Source: Candidatus Latescibacterota bacterium
GTDB taxonomy: Bacteria; Latescibacterota; UBA2968
Direction: 5' to 3'
NCBI GenBank assembly: GCA_965204375.1
Contig: OZ241986.1
Coordinates: 5,472,001 to 5,536,000, forward strand
DNA: 64,000 nucleotides
The position numbers and the translations under genes are program-made. A model generated the notes under the pieces. That model searched no databases. It saw only the letters and a program-made list of their open reading frames with translations, and had not been told where the DNA came from. Numbering within the stretch: the stretch's first letter is position 1; every line of letters starts with the position of its first letter. This document shows, piece after piece, positions 1-8,988 of this stretch.

Positions 1-1
1 A

Positions 2-202
2 GAGGATACGCGTACAGCCTGGACGATTCCCGTGAGTGCGGGTATTGAGGGATCGCTGGGTTCTTCTTATGGGCTTGATTTTCGCGTGCGCTACAATCTC
101 GTCTTTGGCGAGATCAATCCATTGACCGCCTGGGGAATGCACAAGGCGTTTCCGATAGGTACAGTGGATGCTGGCGTGAGTTTTAAATATTATTTTGAGT
201 AA
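2..202 (+). CDS. 3' end of an outer-membrane beta-barrel protein (partial, starts before window)
   Basis: Frame 2 reads EDTRTAWTIPVSAGIEG...LDFRVRYNLVF...VDAGVSFKYYFE-stop: alternating beta-strand pattern with aromatic C-terminus. Confidence 0.6.
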   Translation, partial: EDTRTAWTIPVSAGIEGSLGSSYGLDFRVRYNLVFGEINPLTAWGMHKAFPIGTVDAGVSFKYYFE

Positions 203-280
203 ATAGAGATTCAGTTTTTCACACGGGAGGGCGTGGGAAACTGGACTATCCCACTCACCATTTTTTATGGAGGGTCGTAC

Positions 281-3200
281 ATGAGTAAGCGATTATTGTG
301 TTGTCTGGGTCTGTTGGTCGCGCTGGCGATCAGCACCGGATTGGCAGAAGCGGCCACAACGGGTAAAATCAGTGGACGGGTCACTGAGATTACAGGTGAT
401 CCACTGCCCGGTGCCAATGTGGTGATCGATATCGATGGCGTGAAACGCGCCGGGATCACCGATGGGGAGGGCGAATACTTCATCATCAATATTCCTCCGG
501 GAACCTATGATATTGAAACTGTGATGATGGGGTACACAAAGTCTGTTCGCACAGGTGTGGTGGTCAATGTTGACCATACCACGACGGTGAACTTCGTGAT
601 GCAGGAAGAAACGCTCGAATTGGACGAGATGATTGTCGTTGCCGAGCGTCCGCCAGTGGAGCACGACAAGACGGAGAGCAAAGCGGTCATTACGGCAGAA
701 GAAATCGAGTCTTTGCCAATTGTGCGCGAGATGTCGGACTTTGTGGAGTTGCAGGCGGGCGTGACCCCCGACGAGGCGGAGAGTGTTCGCGGTGGCAACT
801 TCTGGGAGACGGCGTATATGGTCGATGGGGTGCGCGTAGTGAATAACGATGCGCGTGCCGGATTTACGCGTTTTCAGGGTGTGAACACGAGTGCCGTGCA
901 AGAACTGACGGTGTTGACTGGTGGAATGAATGCGGAGTATGGCAATGCGGGTTCTGTCGTTTCGATCGTGACCAAAGAAGGTGGTCAGAGGTACACGGGT
1001 AGGGGCGAATATCGCATTACGCCGCCTGGACAGAAGCACTGGGGAGCAAATGTGTATGAAGCGCCCGTGCATCGCGGCAGAATGCAGTGGGGCAATGCCG
1101 AGTGGGAAAACTTGCAGGCGTGGTACCCCGGTCCCGATGGGATATTGGGGCGCGACAATCAGACGGGCGAGATAACTGATCCCCAGTTTGCCGCCGACGA
1201 TGTTCAGCGCAAGGTTCACGTACGTCAGGATTACACGGGTGTGTGGGGTGGTCGCGGCGAAGCCATGCTGGGCGGTCCGATTATGAGAAGGATTGGCTTC
1301 ACGGTGACATCTTCGACAAATCGCAATCCATCGGCTTTTCCCGCGCCCACGTCGGTATCACTGCCCAACAACCGCACGAACTTCAGGCTGACGTATCGCC
1401 CGGGTAACAACGTCAAATTTAACTATGGGTCTCTGTTCAATCAGCGTTCTCGGTACAATGCGGGCGTTATTCGGCGCATTGAACAGGGTGCGCGCAAGAA
1501 TATGAACTCTTCTGGTCGCAACCTCTTTGTGCCTGACGAATACTCGGGGGCGGGCAAGCGGCGCACGCGCGATTTTCTGAATTACGCGTCTTTGACGCAT
1601 ACGCTGTCGGCGCGCACTTTTTACGAAATTCGATTCTCGTATTCGCGCACATCTGAAATAAATACAGAAGTGCCGTTCAATACAGGCCAGCCTTATGTCG
1701 AGCCGGGTATTGGCAATAACTCTGGCTGGTTTTACGTTGGCCGCCCGGTGGTGAACTGGACAAATTCAAAGCGCGACCGCTATCAGCTCAAGGTCGATTA
1801 TTCGAGCCAGGTGACCAAGGGACACTTCATTAAAGCGGGTATTGACTTTTTGTTCTACGACAACTGGGGTTTCACCCGCAACAAAAACGACTTCAGGGGC
1901 CTGGTTGAGCAGTATTACAGCCAGTTTAACAATCCCGAGGTCGGCGTGGTACCGCGTCAGTATGCCGTGTATTTCCAGGACAAAATGGAGTTTGAGGGGA
2001 TTGTGGTGAATATGGGCTTGCGCGGCTTGCGCTGGAGCCCGAATACCGAGATGCCACAGGCAGAACATTTTATTCCGTTTTACAGATATCACGATCCGAC
2101 AAAGATCGAGAATATTCCGACCTATCGTCCGGGAGCAATCCATGTGCTGTCGCCGCGCGTGGGTGTGTCGCATCCGATTACGGAGAGCAGCGCGATGCAC
2201 TTCACCTTTGGCAAGTTTGAACAAATTGAGCAGTTCAGGTGGATCTTCTCTCACAGTTACCGCACCGAAGAGGAGTTTCTGGATTTGAACCAGAATGGTC
2301 GGATTGACCCGTCTGAGATAAACAACTCACTGGATGTTGTGGATGCGGGGCAGTGGGGTTGGCCGAAGATCAAGCCACTGGTGACCACGAGTTTTGAAGT
2401 GGGTGCAGACTGGAACTTCATCACGGATTACACGGCGGGTTTGACGGCGTATTACAAGCAACAGGTTTTCCGCCGTAGCGGTGGCGCTTACGGGATTCAG
2501 GAGCAGGGTTTGCAGCACAACCGAACCGTGCGGGCATCGGGTCAGACGAATAACCGGGACACGCGCGGCTTTGAGTTGTCGGTCAAAAAGAAATTCAACT
2601 ACATGACGGCGTTCACGATTGCCTACAATGTGCAGTGGGTTGAAAATGGCAACTCGGGCGTTCGCGGCAATCACTACATCTCTCCAGACAGACTGGCGAC
2701 CAAGAATCCGTCGAACTTTGGCAATTATGCCGGCTATATCGACAACGATGGCAACTTTTTGACGCATTACTGGTATGAGTGGACACACGATTCCAATGGC
2801 GATGGCGATTTTGTTGGCGATGGTGTTGCCGGTCTCGGTATCGTCAATGGCAGCGATACGGGCGAAGAGTTCCCGCGACCCATGGATGGTATTACGCGCT
2901 TTGAGCGGGCACGGGCTTTTGGCAACCAGGCGATCAACCGGGTTGAGCTACTCGAAATGGGGACAGGAGTGAATAACTGGTCGCTGGATGAAGAAAACAG
3001 CCTGATCAACTGGGACGGCAAAGGTGCCGCAACCTGGTTACAGCGCAACAACCAGTCTCAGGAGTTTCGGCCCGCCAATTTGAACCGAACCAATTTCGGC
3101 ACGGTGACCTTTATGTTTTCGTCGCCTGGAAAATTTGGTCCGCGGTTTGTGGGCTTCCACCCATTTGAAAATCTGCGTCTGAATGCGGTGTATCGCCTGT

Positions 3201-3556
3201 TCACGGGGCGCAGGTTTTTCTATTCACCGCCGGGAAGAGGCGGCGAAGGGTTCTACAATGGCCCGATTCACACGCGCACAGATATCAATTTTGAGAAGAC
3301 ATTTAGATTTAACAGGCGCGCGAGCGTGACGGCTTTCTTCGAAGCCTTTAATCTGTTCAATCAGAAAGACCCGCACATCAGCTATCGCGTGGATAATCAG
3401 CTGGTGGAAGTGGGGGCTGAATACGTGGAATGGGGTGTGATTTACACGCCACTGCCGGATAACCCCGAATATATCACTTATGGCGATGTGGGTGATTATC
3501 TGCGCCAGCAGGATTCACCTCGCGAGTTCCACTTTGGTTTGAGAGCGAGATTCTAA
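281..3556 (+). CDS. TonB-dependent receptor with N-terminal carboxypeptidase-regulatory-like domain
   Basis: GGAGG RBS then ATG 281; signal peptide; GKISGRVT...PLPGANV domain; plug motif LTGGMNAEYG; C-terminal FHFGLRARF. Confidence 0.85.
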   Translation: MSKRLLCCLGLLVALAISTGLAEAATTGKISGRVTEITGDPLPGANVVIDIDGVKRAGITDGEGEYFIINIPPGTYDIETVMMGYTKSVRTGVVVNVDHTTTVNFVMQEETLELDEMIVVAERPPVEHDKTESKAVITAEEIESLPIVREMSDFVELQAGVTPDEAESVRGGNFWETAYMVDGVRVVNNDARAGFTRFQGVNTSAVQELTVLTGGMNAEYGNAGSVVSIVTKEGGQRYTGRGEYRITPPGQKHWGANVYEAPVHRGRMQWGNAEWENLQAWYPGPDGILGRDNQTGEITDPQFAADDVQRKVHVRQDYTGVWGGRGEAMLGGPIMRRIGFTVTSSTNRNPSAFPAPTSVSLPNNRTNFRLTYRPGNNVKFNYGSLFNQRSRYNAGVIRRIEQGARKNMNSSGRNLFVPDEYSGAGKRRTRDFLNYASLTHTLSARTFYEIRFSYSRTSEINTEVPFNTGQPYVEPGIGNNSGWFYVGRPVVNWTNSKRDRYQLKVDYSSQVTKGHFIKAGIDFLFYDNWGFTRNKNDFRGLVEQYYSQFNNPEVGVVPRQYAVYFQDKMEFEGIVVNMGLRGLRWSPNTEMPQAEHFIPFYRYHDPTKIENIPTYRPGAIHVLSPRVGVSHPITESSAMHFTFGKFEQIEQFRWIFSHSYRTEEEFLDLNQNGRIDPSEINNSLDVVDAGQWGWPKIKPLVTTSFEVGADWNFITDYTAGLTAYYKQQVFRRSGGAYGIQEQGLQHNRTVRASGQTNNRDTRGFELSVKKKFNYMTAFTIAYNVQWVENGNSGVRGNHYISPDRLATKNPSNFGNYAGYIDNDGNFLTHYWYEWTHDSNGDGDFVGDGVAGLGIVNGSDTGEEFPRPMDGITRFERARAFGNQAINRVELLEMGTGVNNWSLDEENSLINWDGKGAATWLQRNNQSQEFRPANLNRTNFGTVTFMFSSPGKFGPRFVGFHPFENLRLNAVYRLFTGRRFFYSPPGRGGEGFYNGPIHTRTDINFEKTFRFNRRASVTAFFEAFNLFNQKDPHISYRVDNQLVEVGAEYVEWGVIYTPLPDNPEYITYGDVGDYLRQQDSPREFHFGLRARF

Positions 3557-3568
3557 AGCTTAGCTTTC

Positions 3569-3608
3569 AGCGGTCAGCAATCAGCGGAAAAGCCGATTGC
3601 TGACCGCT
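3569..3608 (+). repeat. Intercistronic hairpin built from AGCNNTC heptamers
   Basis: AGCGGTCAGCAATC ... GATTGCTGACCGCT perfect 14-bp inverted repeat just after the receptor stop. Confidence 0.75.
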
Positions 3609-3628
3609 ATTTAATAAGGAGTTAGCTT

Positions 3629-6370
3629 ATGCAACGGATATTCAAAAGTGTTACGCGGGTGTTGCTCGCCTTTGTGGTGTTTTGGGGTGCATCGGAATTG
3701 TATATGATTATCGATGCCGACGCGCAGCAACGCACGCGCCGCCGCACGACCAACCGCGGAAAACTCTGGTTGTCGATGCGCAATAATGGTACCCTGGGGC
3801 ACTCGCTGGATGGTGGCAGCACCTTTGGCGTCGAAGTGGGCATGTCTTATCCTGGGCGGTGGATATCGACCTATCGGGCGGGCCTTGTGAACCGCGTGAA
3901 TCGGCCGGACAATTCGCGGGGCAATGGCATGTGGGTGATGGCGCGCACAGACGATGGTCGCAAATTTGTATCTCAAGGAGGTCCCCGCCAGCCGTCCGCA
4001 GATATTTTCCCGATTCAGCACAATCCGCGCAATAATATCGAAAGCATTGCGTCGGTCTGGCGGTCTGTATGGCGCGGGGGACCATTTAATCTGTTCAATT
4101 ACGGACAGAGTGCCGCACGTTATTGGCCCCGCATGAGAAATATGAAGATCAAGTCCCACTTTGTGAATGGCGAGGCTGTGGAATTCCAGTATGGTCCCGC
4201 TACGGGGTTTGGTGGTCTGGGACAATACCGTTTTCCACCGGGACCAGACAAAGTGGAGCCAATGGATTATTACAACTGGGGCTATGGGTTTTATCCACTG
4301 AACAAAGAGGCGTTTAAGGAGATGCTGGTGTCGTCCTACAAAAGGGTGCGCGCCGGGTTGAATCAGATGCGGTCGAATGGGGTGAAGACCAATGATCCGC
4401 GTTTATCTCCCGAGTTGTTCAGTGAGAATACGATGGTGACGGGCTGGGCGCAGGCTTCGGGCATTACGGTGAAGCGGATGATCCATGCGTATTCCGCGCC
4501 GGGCACGGATAATGACGTGATGATCCCCGTGCCAACTCCCAAAGGCAAGCAGTCTTCGATTATGACCACGGGTGATTACGATGACTTTTTGCTCACGGAG
4601 ATCGAGTTCTGGAATAATGGCGATACAGATGGCGATGGCAAGGCCAATGCCGGATATCCCAAACAACTCGACGAAGTTTATATCGTGGTCAAGAACGGAT
4701 TTGTTCCCAACCAGACCGGTTCTGAGTGGGTGCCGGCTGGCGGTTCAAACTCGGCGGCGTGGAGGCTCATTCAGCCCTCGACGCAAGATGACTACTGGCG
4801 CTATACACAGGCGGATAATTACGATCATCCGGAATACGCTTTCAACTACAAGGGCGCGCCCATGCATCTGACTTATGTATATGATGGCGATGCCGTTGCC
4901 CGCCTGTGGAATGACTACGGGGAGCCTTATACCCGATCCCGCGCACAGCATCAGTATGTGTCATCGTCCAATATTAAAGATGGCACGTTGCTTTCTCCGC
5001 AGTATATCGGGATGATGCCGATTGCAACGGGCACATCTGACCATCCCTACAATGCACTGGATCGAAAAGGCGGTTATGTGAAGCCGCAGGGGCCACAGCC
5101 CCACACTGTGTTCAGGTGGCGCATGTATTCTTCGGCTCTGGGCGATGATCCGCATGGCGGTACGCACGGCGAGAATCAGTTGTTTGACATCTACAGCGAT
5201 GCTGCCGGTGTGCTCGGAGAGCATGAGACCGATCGCATGGTGCAGCACCACGACAATGACGAATTGGGTGCGTGGATCGATGCACAGGTTTACGGTCCCT
5301 ATACCCTGGGTCCCGGCGACAAGGCCAAAGTCGTGATCGCCTATGTGGCGGGGATGGGGTCCAATTCGGCGAAGTATCGCATGGATACCGCGACTTACGC
5401 GCGTCCCTACGAGTGGAACTGGCAGCAGCAGGGCCAGGTCAACGAATTGGAACTGGGTCTGGAAGCGATCTATGCACACGGCAATGAAGCGCAAAAGCTG
5501 TATGATCTGGGCTTTGACGGGCTTAACCAGCCGCCCGATGTGAAGGTCAACGCGCTGACGAATCTGGATGGAAATATCGAAGTGGACTGGTCGGGCGTTG
5601 CCGATACGGCGATCGATCCGGATCTGGGTCGTCCCGATGTGCTGGGTTATCGGGTCTATCGCTCTGATTTTATGCGGGTTGGACCGTGGAAATTGCTGGC
5701 GACGATTCCCAAGGCTGTGGGACCCGAAGGCGAACGACAGTTGCCCTCAGATGCACCCCCGGGTGCTTCTTTTGACAATCAACCCTGGGCAGAAGGTCTG
5801 GAGGAACCTCACAGTATTGAGATCGATGGTCCTTTCCGCTGGGGCACCTACAGGTTTACTGATTCAGAACCCGATCTCGGTTTTATTTACCACTATTCTG
5901 TACGCGCGTTTGATGAGCAGGGTTTGGAAACCGGACACTCGGATGAGCGCAATCAGTATCGGTGGCACCCCAATGGCATTGTGCCGCGTTTGACCTCTGC
6001 ATTGCTCAACCATGAAAATGAGTCTATGTCGCTGCCGATCAGGGTGGTGCCCAATCCCTGGGTACAGGGCAGGGATGAGCACAGCTATGGCGCGCCTCGC
6101 ATCCGGTGGATCAATGTGCCGAGCAGGTGTACGCTGTACATTTACACGCTGACGGGCGATCTGGCCTGGCGTGATACATTTGATACACTCGATCCGCAGC
6201 GGGGGCGCCCTGTGGCGCGCGGCGAGATTGAATGGGATACGCATACGGTGGGCTTGAATGCCAATACGCGCGGTCGTCTCAATGCCGGTACGTACATCTG
6301 GGCGATTGAGTCGCACCATCCCGAGAGTTTGGGGCAGATCCAGAAGGGTCTGTTTGTGATTGTCAATTGA
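3629..6370 (+). CDS. Large secreted protein with FN3-like domain and T9SS-CTD/FlgD-like C-terminal domain
   Basis: Signal peptide; IEVDW...GYRVYRS...YHYSVRAFD (FN3-like); IRVVPNP...IRWINVP..CTLYIYTLTGDL...WD...GTYI...KGLFVIVN. Confidence 0.65.
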   Translation: MQRIFKSVTRVLLAFVVFWGASELYMIIDADAQQRTRRRTTNRGKLWLSMRNNGTLGHSLDGGSTFGVEVGMSYPGRWISTYRAGLVNRVNRPDNSRGNGMWVMARTDDGRKFVSQGGPRQPSADIFPIQHNPRNNIESIASVWRSVWRGGPFNLFNYGQSAARYWPRMRNMKIKSHFVNGEAVEFQYGPATGFGGLGQYRFPPGPDKVEPMDYYNWGYGFYPLNKEAFKEMLVSSYKRVRAGLNQMRSNGVKTNDPRLSPELFSENTMVTGWAQASGITVKRMIHAYSAPGTDNDVMIPVPTPKGKQSSIMTTGDYDDFLLTEIEFWNNGDTDGDGKANAGYPKQLDEVYIVVKNGFVPNQTGSEWVPAGGSNSAAWRLIQPSTQDDYWRYTQADNYDHPEYAFNYKGAPMHLTYVYDGDAVARLWNDYGEPYTRSRAQHQYVSSSNIKDGTLLSPQYIGMMPIATGTSDHPYNALDRKGGYVKPQGPQPHTVFRWRMYSSALGDDPHGGTHGENQLFDIYSDAAGVLGEHETDRMVQHHDNDELGAWIDAQVYGPYTLGPGDKAKVVIAYVAGMGSNSAKYRMDTATYARPYEWNWQQQGQVNELELGLEAIYAHGNEAQKLYDLGFDGLNQPPDVKVNALTNLDGNIEVDWSGVADTAIDPDLGRPDVLGYRVYRSDFMRVGPWKLLATIPKAVGPEGERQLPSDAPPGASFDNQPWAEGLEEPHSIEIDGPFRWGTYRFTDSEPDLGFIYHYSVRAFDEQGLETGHSDERNQYRWHPNGIVPRLTSALLNHENESMSLPIRVVPNPWVQGRDEHSYGAPRIRWINVPSRCTLYIYTLTGDLAWRDTFDTLDPQRGRPVARGEIEWDTHTVGLNANTRGRLNAGTYIWAIESHHPESLGQIQKGLFVIVN

Positions 6371-6397
6371 TCATTGGTCATTATTGAGGAGCAAATT

Positions 6398-7405
6398 ATG
6401 AAACGTATGATCTGGATAGCAGCTATCGCGCTTTTTCTCAGCCCTCAAAGTGCCATGGCTCAACAAGAGACAAGCCTTCAGAATCTGCCGCCCGTATTGA
6501 CAGAACCGCATTATCGCTCGGAAGGCGATAAGGGCAACCGCATTGCGCGCAGTGGCTTCGCGCTTTTGAAGATTTCGGCGTCTGCGCGCCTGGCGGGTAT
6601 GGCCGACGCCAATGTGGGCACGTCGCGAGATATTCACTCGATATTCCAGAATGCAGCCGGGCTGGTGCATATCGACAATATGGCATATCTGGCCTCTTAT
6701 AACGAGTGGCTGGTGGGCACCAAGATGGGGGCTGCGGGTTTTGCCTATCGCATTCCCGTGGGCGTTGTGGGTGTTGCTTTTCGCTCGTTTACCTATCCCG
6801 ATGTGGAAGAGACCACGCCCTTGCAACCCAATGGCACGGGGCGGAACATCAAGCTCGGCGATTTTTCCGTTGCGGCGTCTTTTGCCAAGCAACTGACCGA
6901 TAAGTTTTCGATGGGTTTCCGCCTGCGCTATGTGCGGTCTCAGATTCACATCGTCAATGTGAGTTCCACGACATTTGATGTTGGTACGCTCTTTTACACG
7001 GGTTTCAGGAGTCTGCGCGTGGGCATGACCATGAGCAACCTGGGTGGGAATAAGGAAGTGCTAACCGAGGATTATCGCCTGCCGTTTTACTACAATCTGG
7101 CTGTTGCGATGGAATTGCTGGGCAAGCAGGGCGATCCGCTTTATCTGACGACTGCTTATGAGCACGTGTTTTTCCGCGACTATGGTGAGCGCGATCACAT
7201 TGGCGGTGAGTTGTGGATACAAAATATGCTGGCACTCCGCGCTGGTTATAAGTTCAGGTACGATGTGGAGACCTGGAGCGTGGGGGCGGGTATAAATCTC
7301 AATGTGAGCGAAGAGCGCAAGATAAATGTGGATGTTTCGTATAGCGATATCGGCGGTGCAATTAAAGAGCGACCGCTGCGTTTGACGCTTTCGGGAACGT
7401 TCTAA
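6398..7405 (+). CDS. PorV/PorQ-like (UPF0164) outer-membrane beta-barrel
   Basis: GFALLKISASARLAGMA, SIFQNAAGL, LALRAGY motifs; C-terminal LTLSGTF. Confidence 0.8.
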   Translation: MKRMIWIAAIALFLSPQSAMAQQETSLQNLPPVLTEPHYRSEGDKGNRIARSGFALLKISASARLAGMADANVGTSRDIHSIFQNAAGLVHIDNMAYLASYNEWLVGTKMGAAGFAYRIPVGVVGVAFRSFTYPDVEETTPLQPNGTGRNIKLGDFSVAASFAKQLTDKFSMGFRLRYVRSQIHIVNVSSTTFDVGTLFYTGFRSLRVGMTMSNLGGNKEVLTEDYRLPFYYNLAVAMELLGKQGDPLYLTTAYEHVFFRDYGERDHIGGELWIQNMLALRAGYKFRYDVETWSVGAGINLNVSEERKINVDVSYSDIGGAIKERPLRLTLSGTF

Positions 7406-7408
7406 GGT

Positions 7409-7466
7409 GTAGGGGACGGCCCCTGTGCCGTCCCGACGCTTGTAGGGGCGACCCTTGTGGTCGCCC
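7409..7466 (+). repeat. Two tandem GTAG-type REP elements
   Basis: GTAG-GGGACGGC-CCCTGT-GCCGTCCC (7409-7434) and GTAG-GGGCGACC-CTTGT-GGTCGCCC (7442-7466). Confidence 0.75.
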
Positions 7467-7487
7467 GCCGACAGGAGGAATCACAAA

Positions 7488-8825
7488 ATGCGTAAATTTT
7501 TATTACTTTGTCTCATTGGCGTGTTGGGTACAGCGGGATGTACTCGCGATATCCCGACTGAGCCTGCCGAGGAGTGGCGCGGCAGCTATCGACTGATTTC
7601 CGGGACGAGTGGCGGCAGTGCCATTGATGTCGGCGATCCGCCTCAGGGTACGCCCCGGCATATCATTTTTACGGCAGCGGCATCGGATTATGGCACGGTG
7701 GTATTTGTTTACAATCCACCGCTTGCAGCACCGCCAATGGCTTCTGTGACGTATGAAAAAACCGTGCGGCATTATTGGCGTACAGCACGGGCCACGCGCG
7801 ATCAACTTCGCGTTGAATTTGCTCGTAATCATCGAGAGCGTTCCAGGCTGTCATTCGGTTCGTTTTATATTTGGCAGAGCGGTCCCAGGTTGCCGCTGGC
7901 CGGTGAATTCCCCAATGATATACGCAACAACTACACGAGCCCGTTTCCCCTGAATGAGGCGACTGATGCATTGAACGAGCCTAACAGGCTGCTGCGTCTG
8001 TTGCCCGGGGCCGATGAGGATAGCCGTGTGAGGGTGCTGGGTAATGGGCGCGTTCGCATTAACATTCCAAACTCGGCAAGGCCAGACAACCGCTCGTTTC
8101 AAAACCGCAATAACCGATCAGCCATCTGTTTCCAGAGTCCATGGCCCTGGGAAGATCCTCGCCCCCATCGCATGATGATGTTCGTGGAGGACGGTAATGG
8201 CATACGCTATAGCATTTATGAACCTCCTGCCGATGTGGTTGCAGAACTGGCTCCCCATGATCCGCCGTATTCTGGTATATGGTCATTGCAAGATGCTCAC
8301 CTCAATGGCACGTGGATGGATGCCGAAGCACCATTCCCGAGTATTCCGGCTACACTGGACATCCAGTGGTTCCCTGTTCTGGAGCGTAGCAGCCCTCGCC
8401 ACCGCGCGCCATCTGGCCATGAGCATGCCGATGGCGTGGTGGATCCTCTGATTGAAAATGGCGTGATCATCGAACAGGGTCTGGTGGAGATCACGTTTGC
8501 CAGGCCGCTTGGGTTTTCCACGCACGCCGATGAATCCCGGTTTTTCAACAGACGTGCGGGATATGTGGTTCAAAATGGCGTGCCCGTGCTCAATGGCCAG
8601 TTGCGGGGTGGTGCACCGGATGGCGTGAATCTGACTTATGTGACGGCGTCCGATGTGGATTTCAGCAAAGAGGGCGATATTTTGACTGTGAATCTGATAC
8701 AGGGCGGCGCGTCTTATATCCTGCAGTACAGGCAAGCCCCACTGAATCCCCAGCAACTGGAAGGCTTTGGGGTTGACTCGACTGTTGTTAAGCCCGTTCC
8801 GGCAGATTTGTTCGATCAGGGGTAA
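7488..8825 (+). CDS. Hypothetical lipoprotein
   Basis: AGGAGG RBS, MRKFLLLCLIGVLGTAG-C lipobox; no family recognised. Confidence 0.7.
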   Translation: MRKFLLLCLIGVLGTAGCTRDIPTEPAEEWRGSYRLISGTSGGSAIDVGDPPQGTPRHIIFTAAASDYGTVVFVYNPPLAAPPMASVTYEKTVRHYWRTARATRDQLRVEFARNHRERSRLSFGSFYIWQSGPRLPLAGEFPNDIRNNYTSPFPLNEATDALNEPNRLLRLLPGADEDSRVRVLGNGRVRINIPNSARPDNRSFQNRNNRSAICFQSPWPWEDPRPHRMMMFVEDGNGIRYSIYEPPADVVAELAPHDPPYSGIWSLQDAHLNGTWMDAEAPFPSIPATLDIQWFPVLERSSPRHRAPSGHEHADGVVDPLIENGVIIEQGLVEITFARPLGFSTHADESRFFNRRAGYVVQNGVPVLNGQLRGGAPDGVNLTYVTASDVDFSKEGDILTVNLIQGGASYILQYRQAPLNPQQLEGFGVDSTVVKPVPADLFDQG

Positions 8826-8859
8826 TTGTTGAAGCCCGTTTTGTTCTGAGAAGAGAGAA

Positions 8860-8898
8860 TTGTATAAAATTGTATAATTGTTGTATAAAATTGTATAA
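8860..8898. promoter_or_regulatory. Four TTGTATAA boxes at 10-11 bp spacing, putative regulator-binding array
   Basis: Boxes start at 8860, 8870, 8881, 8891 in the AT-rich region upstream of DUF1800. Confidence 0.5.
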
Positions 8899-8988
8899 TT
8901 TTATTGATCCATTAGGTATTGTGATATATTTTATATGTAAATATTCACAGATGCCATTCCCGTTGGGAATTTTTCAAGGAGGTTTGCG

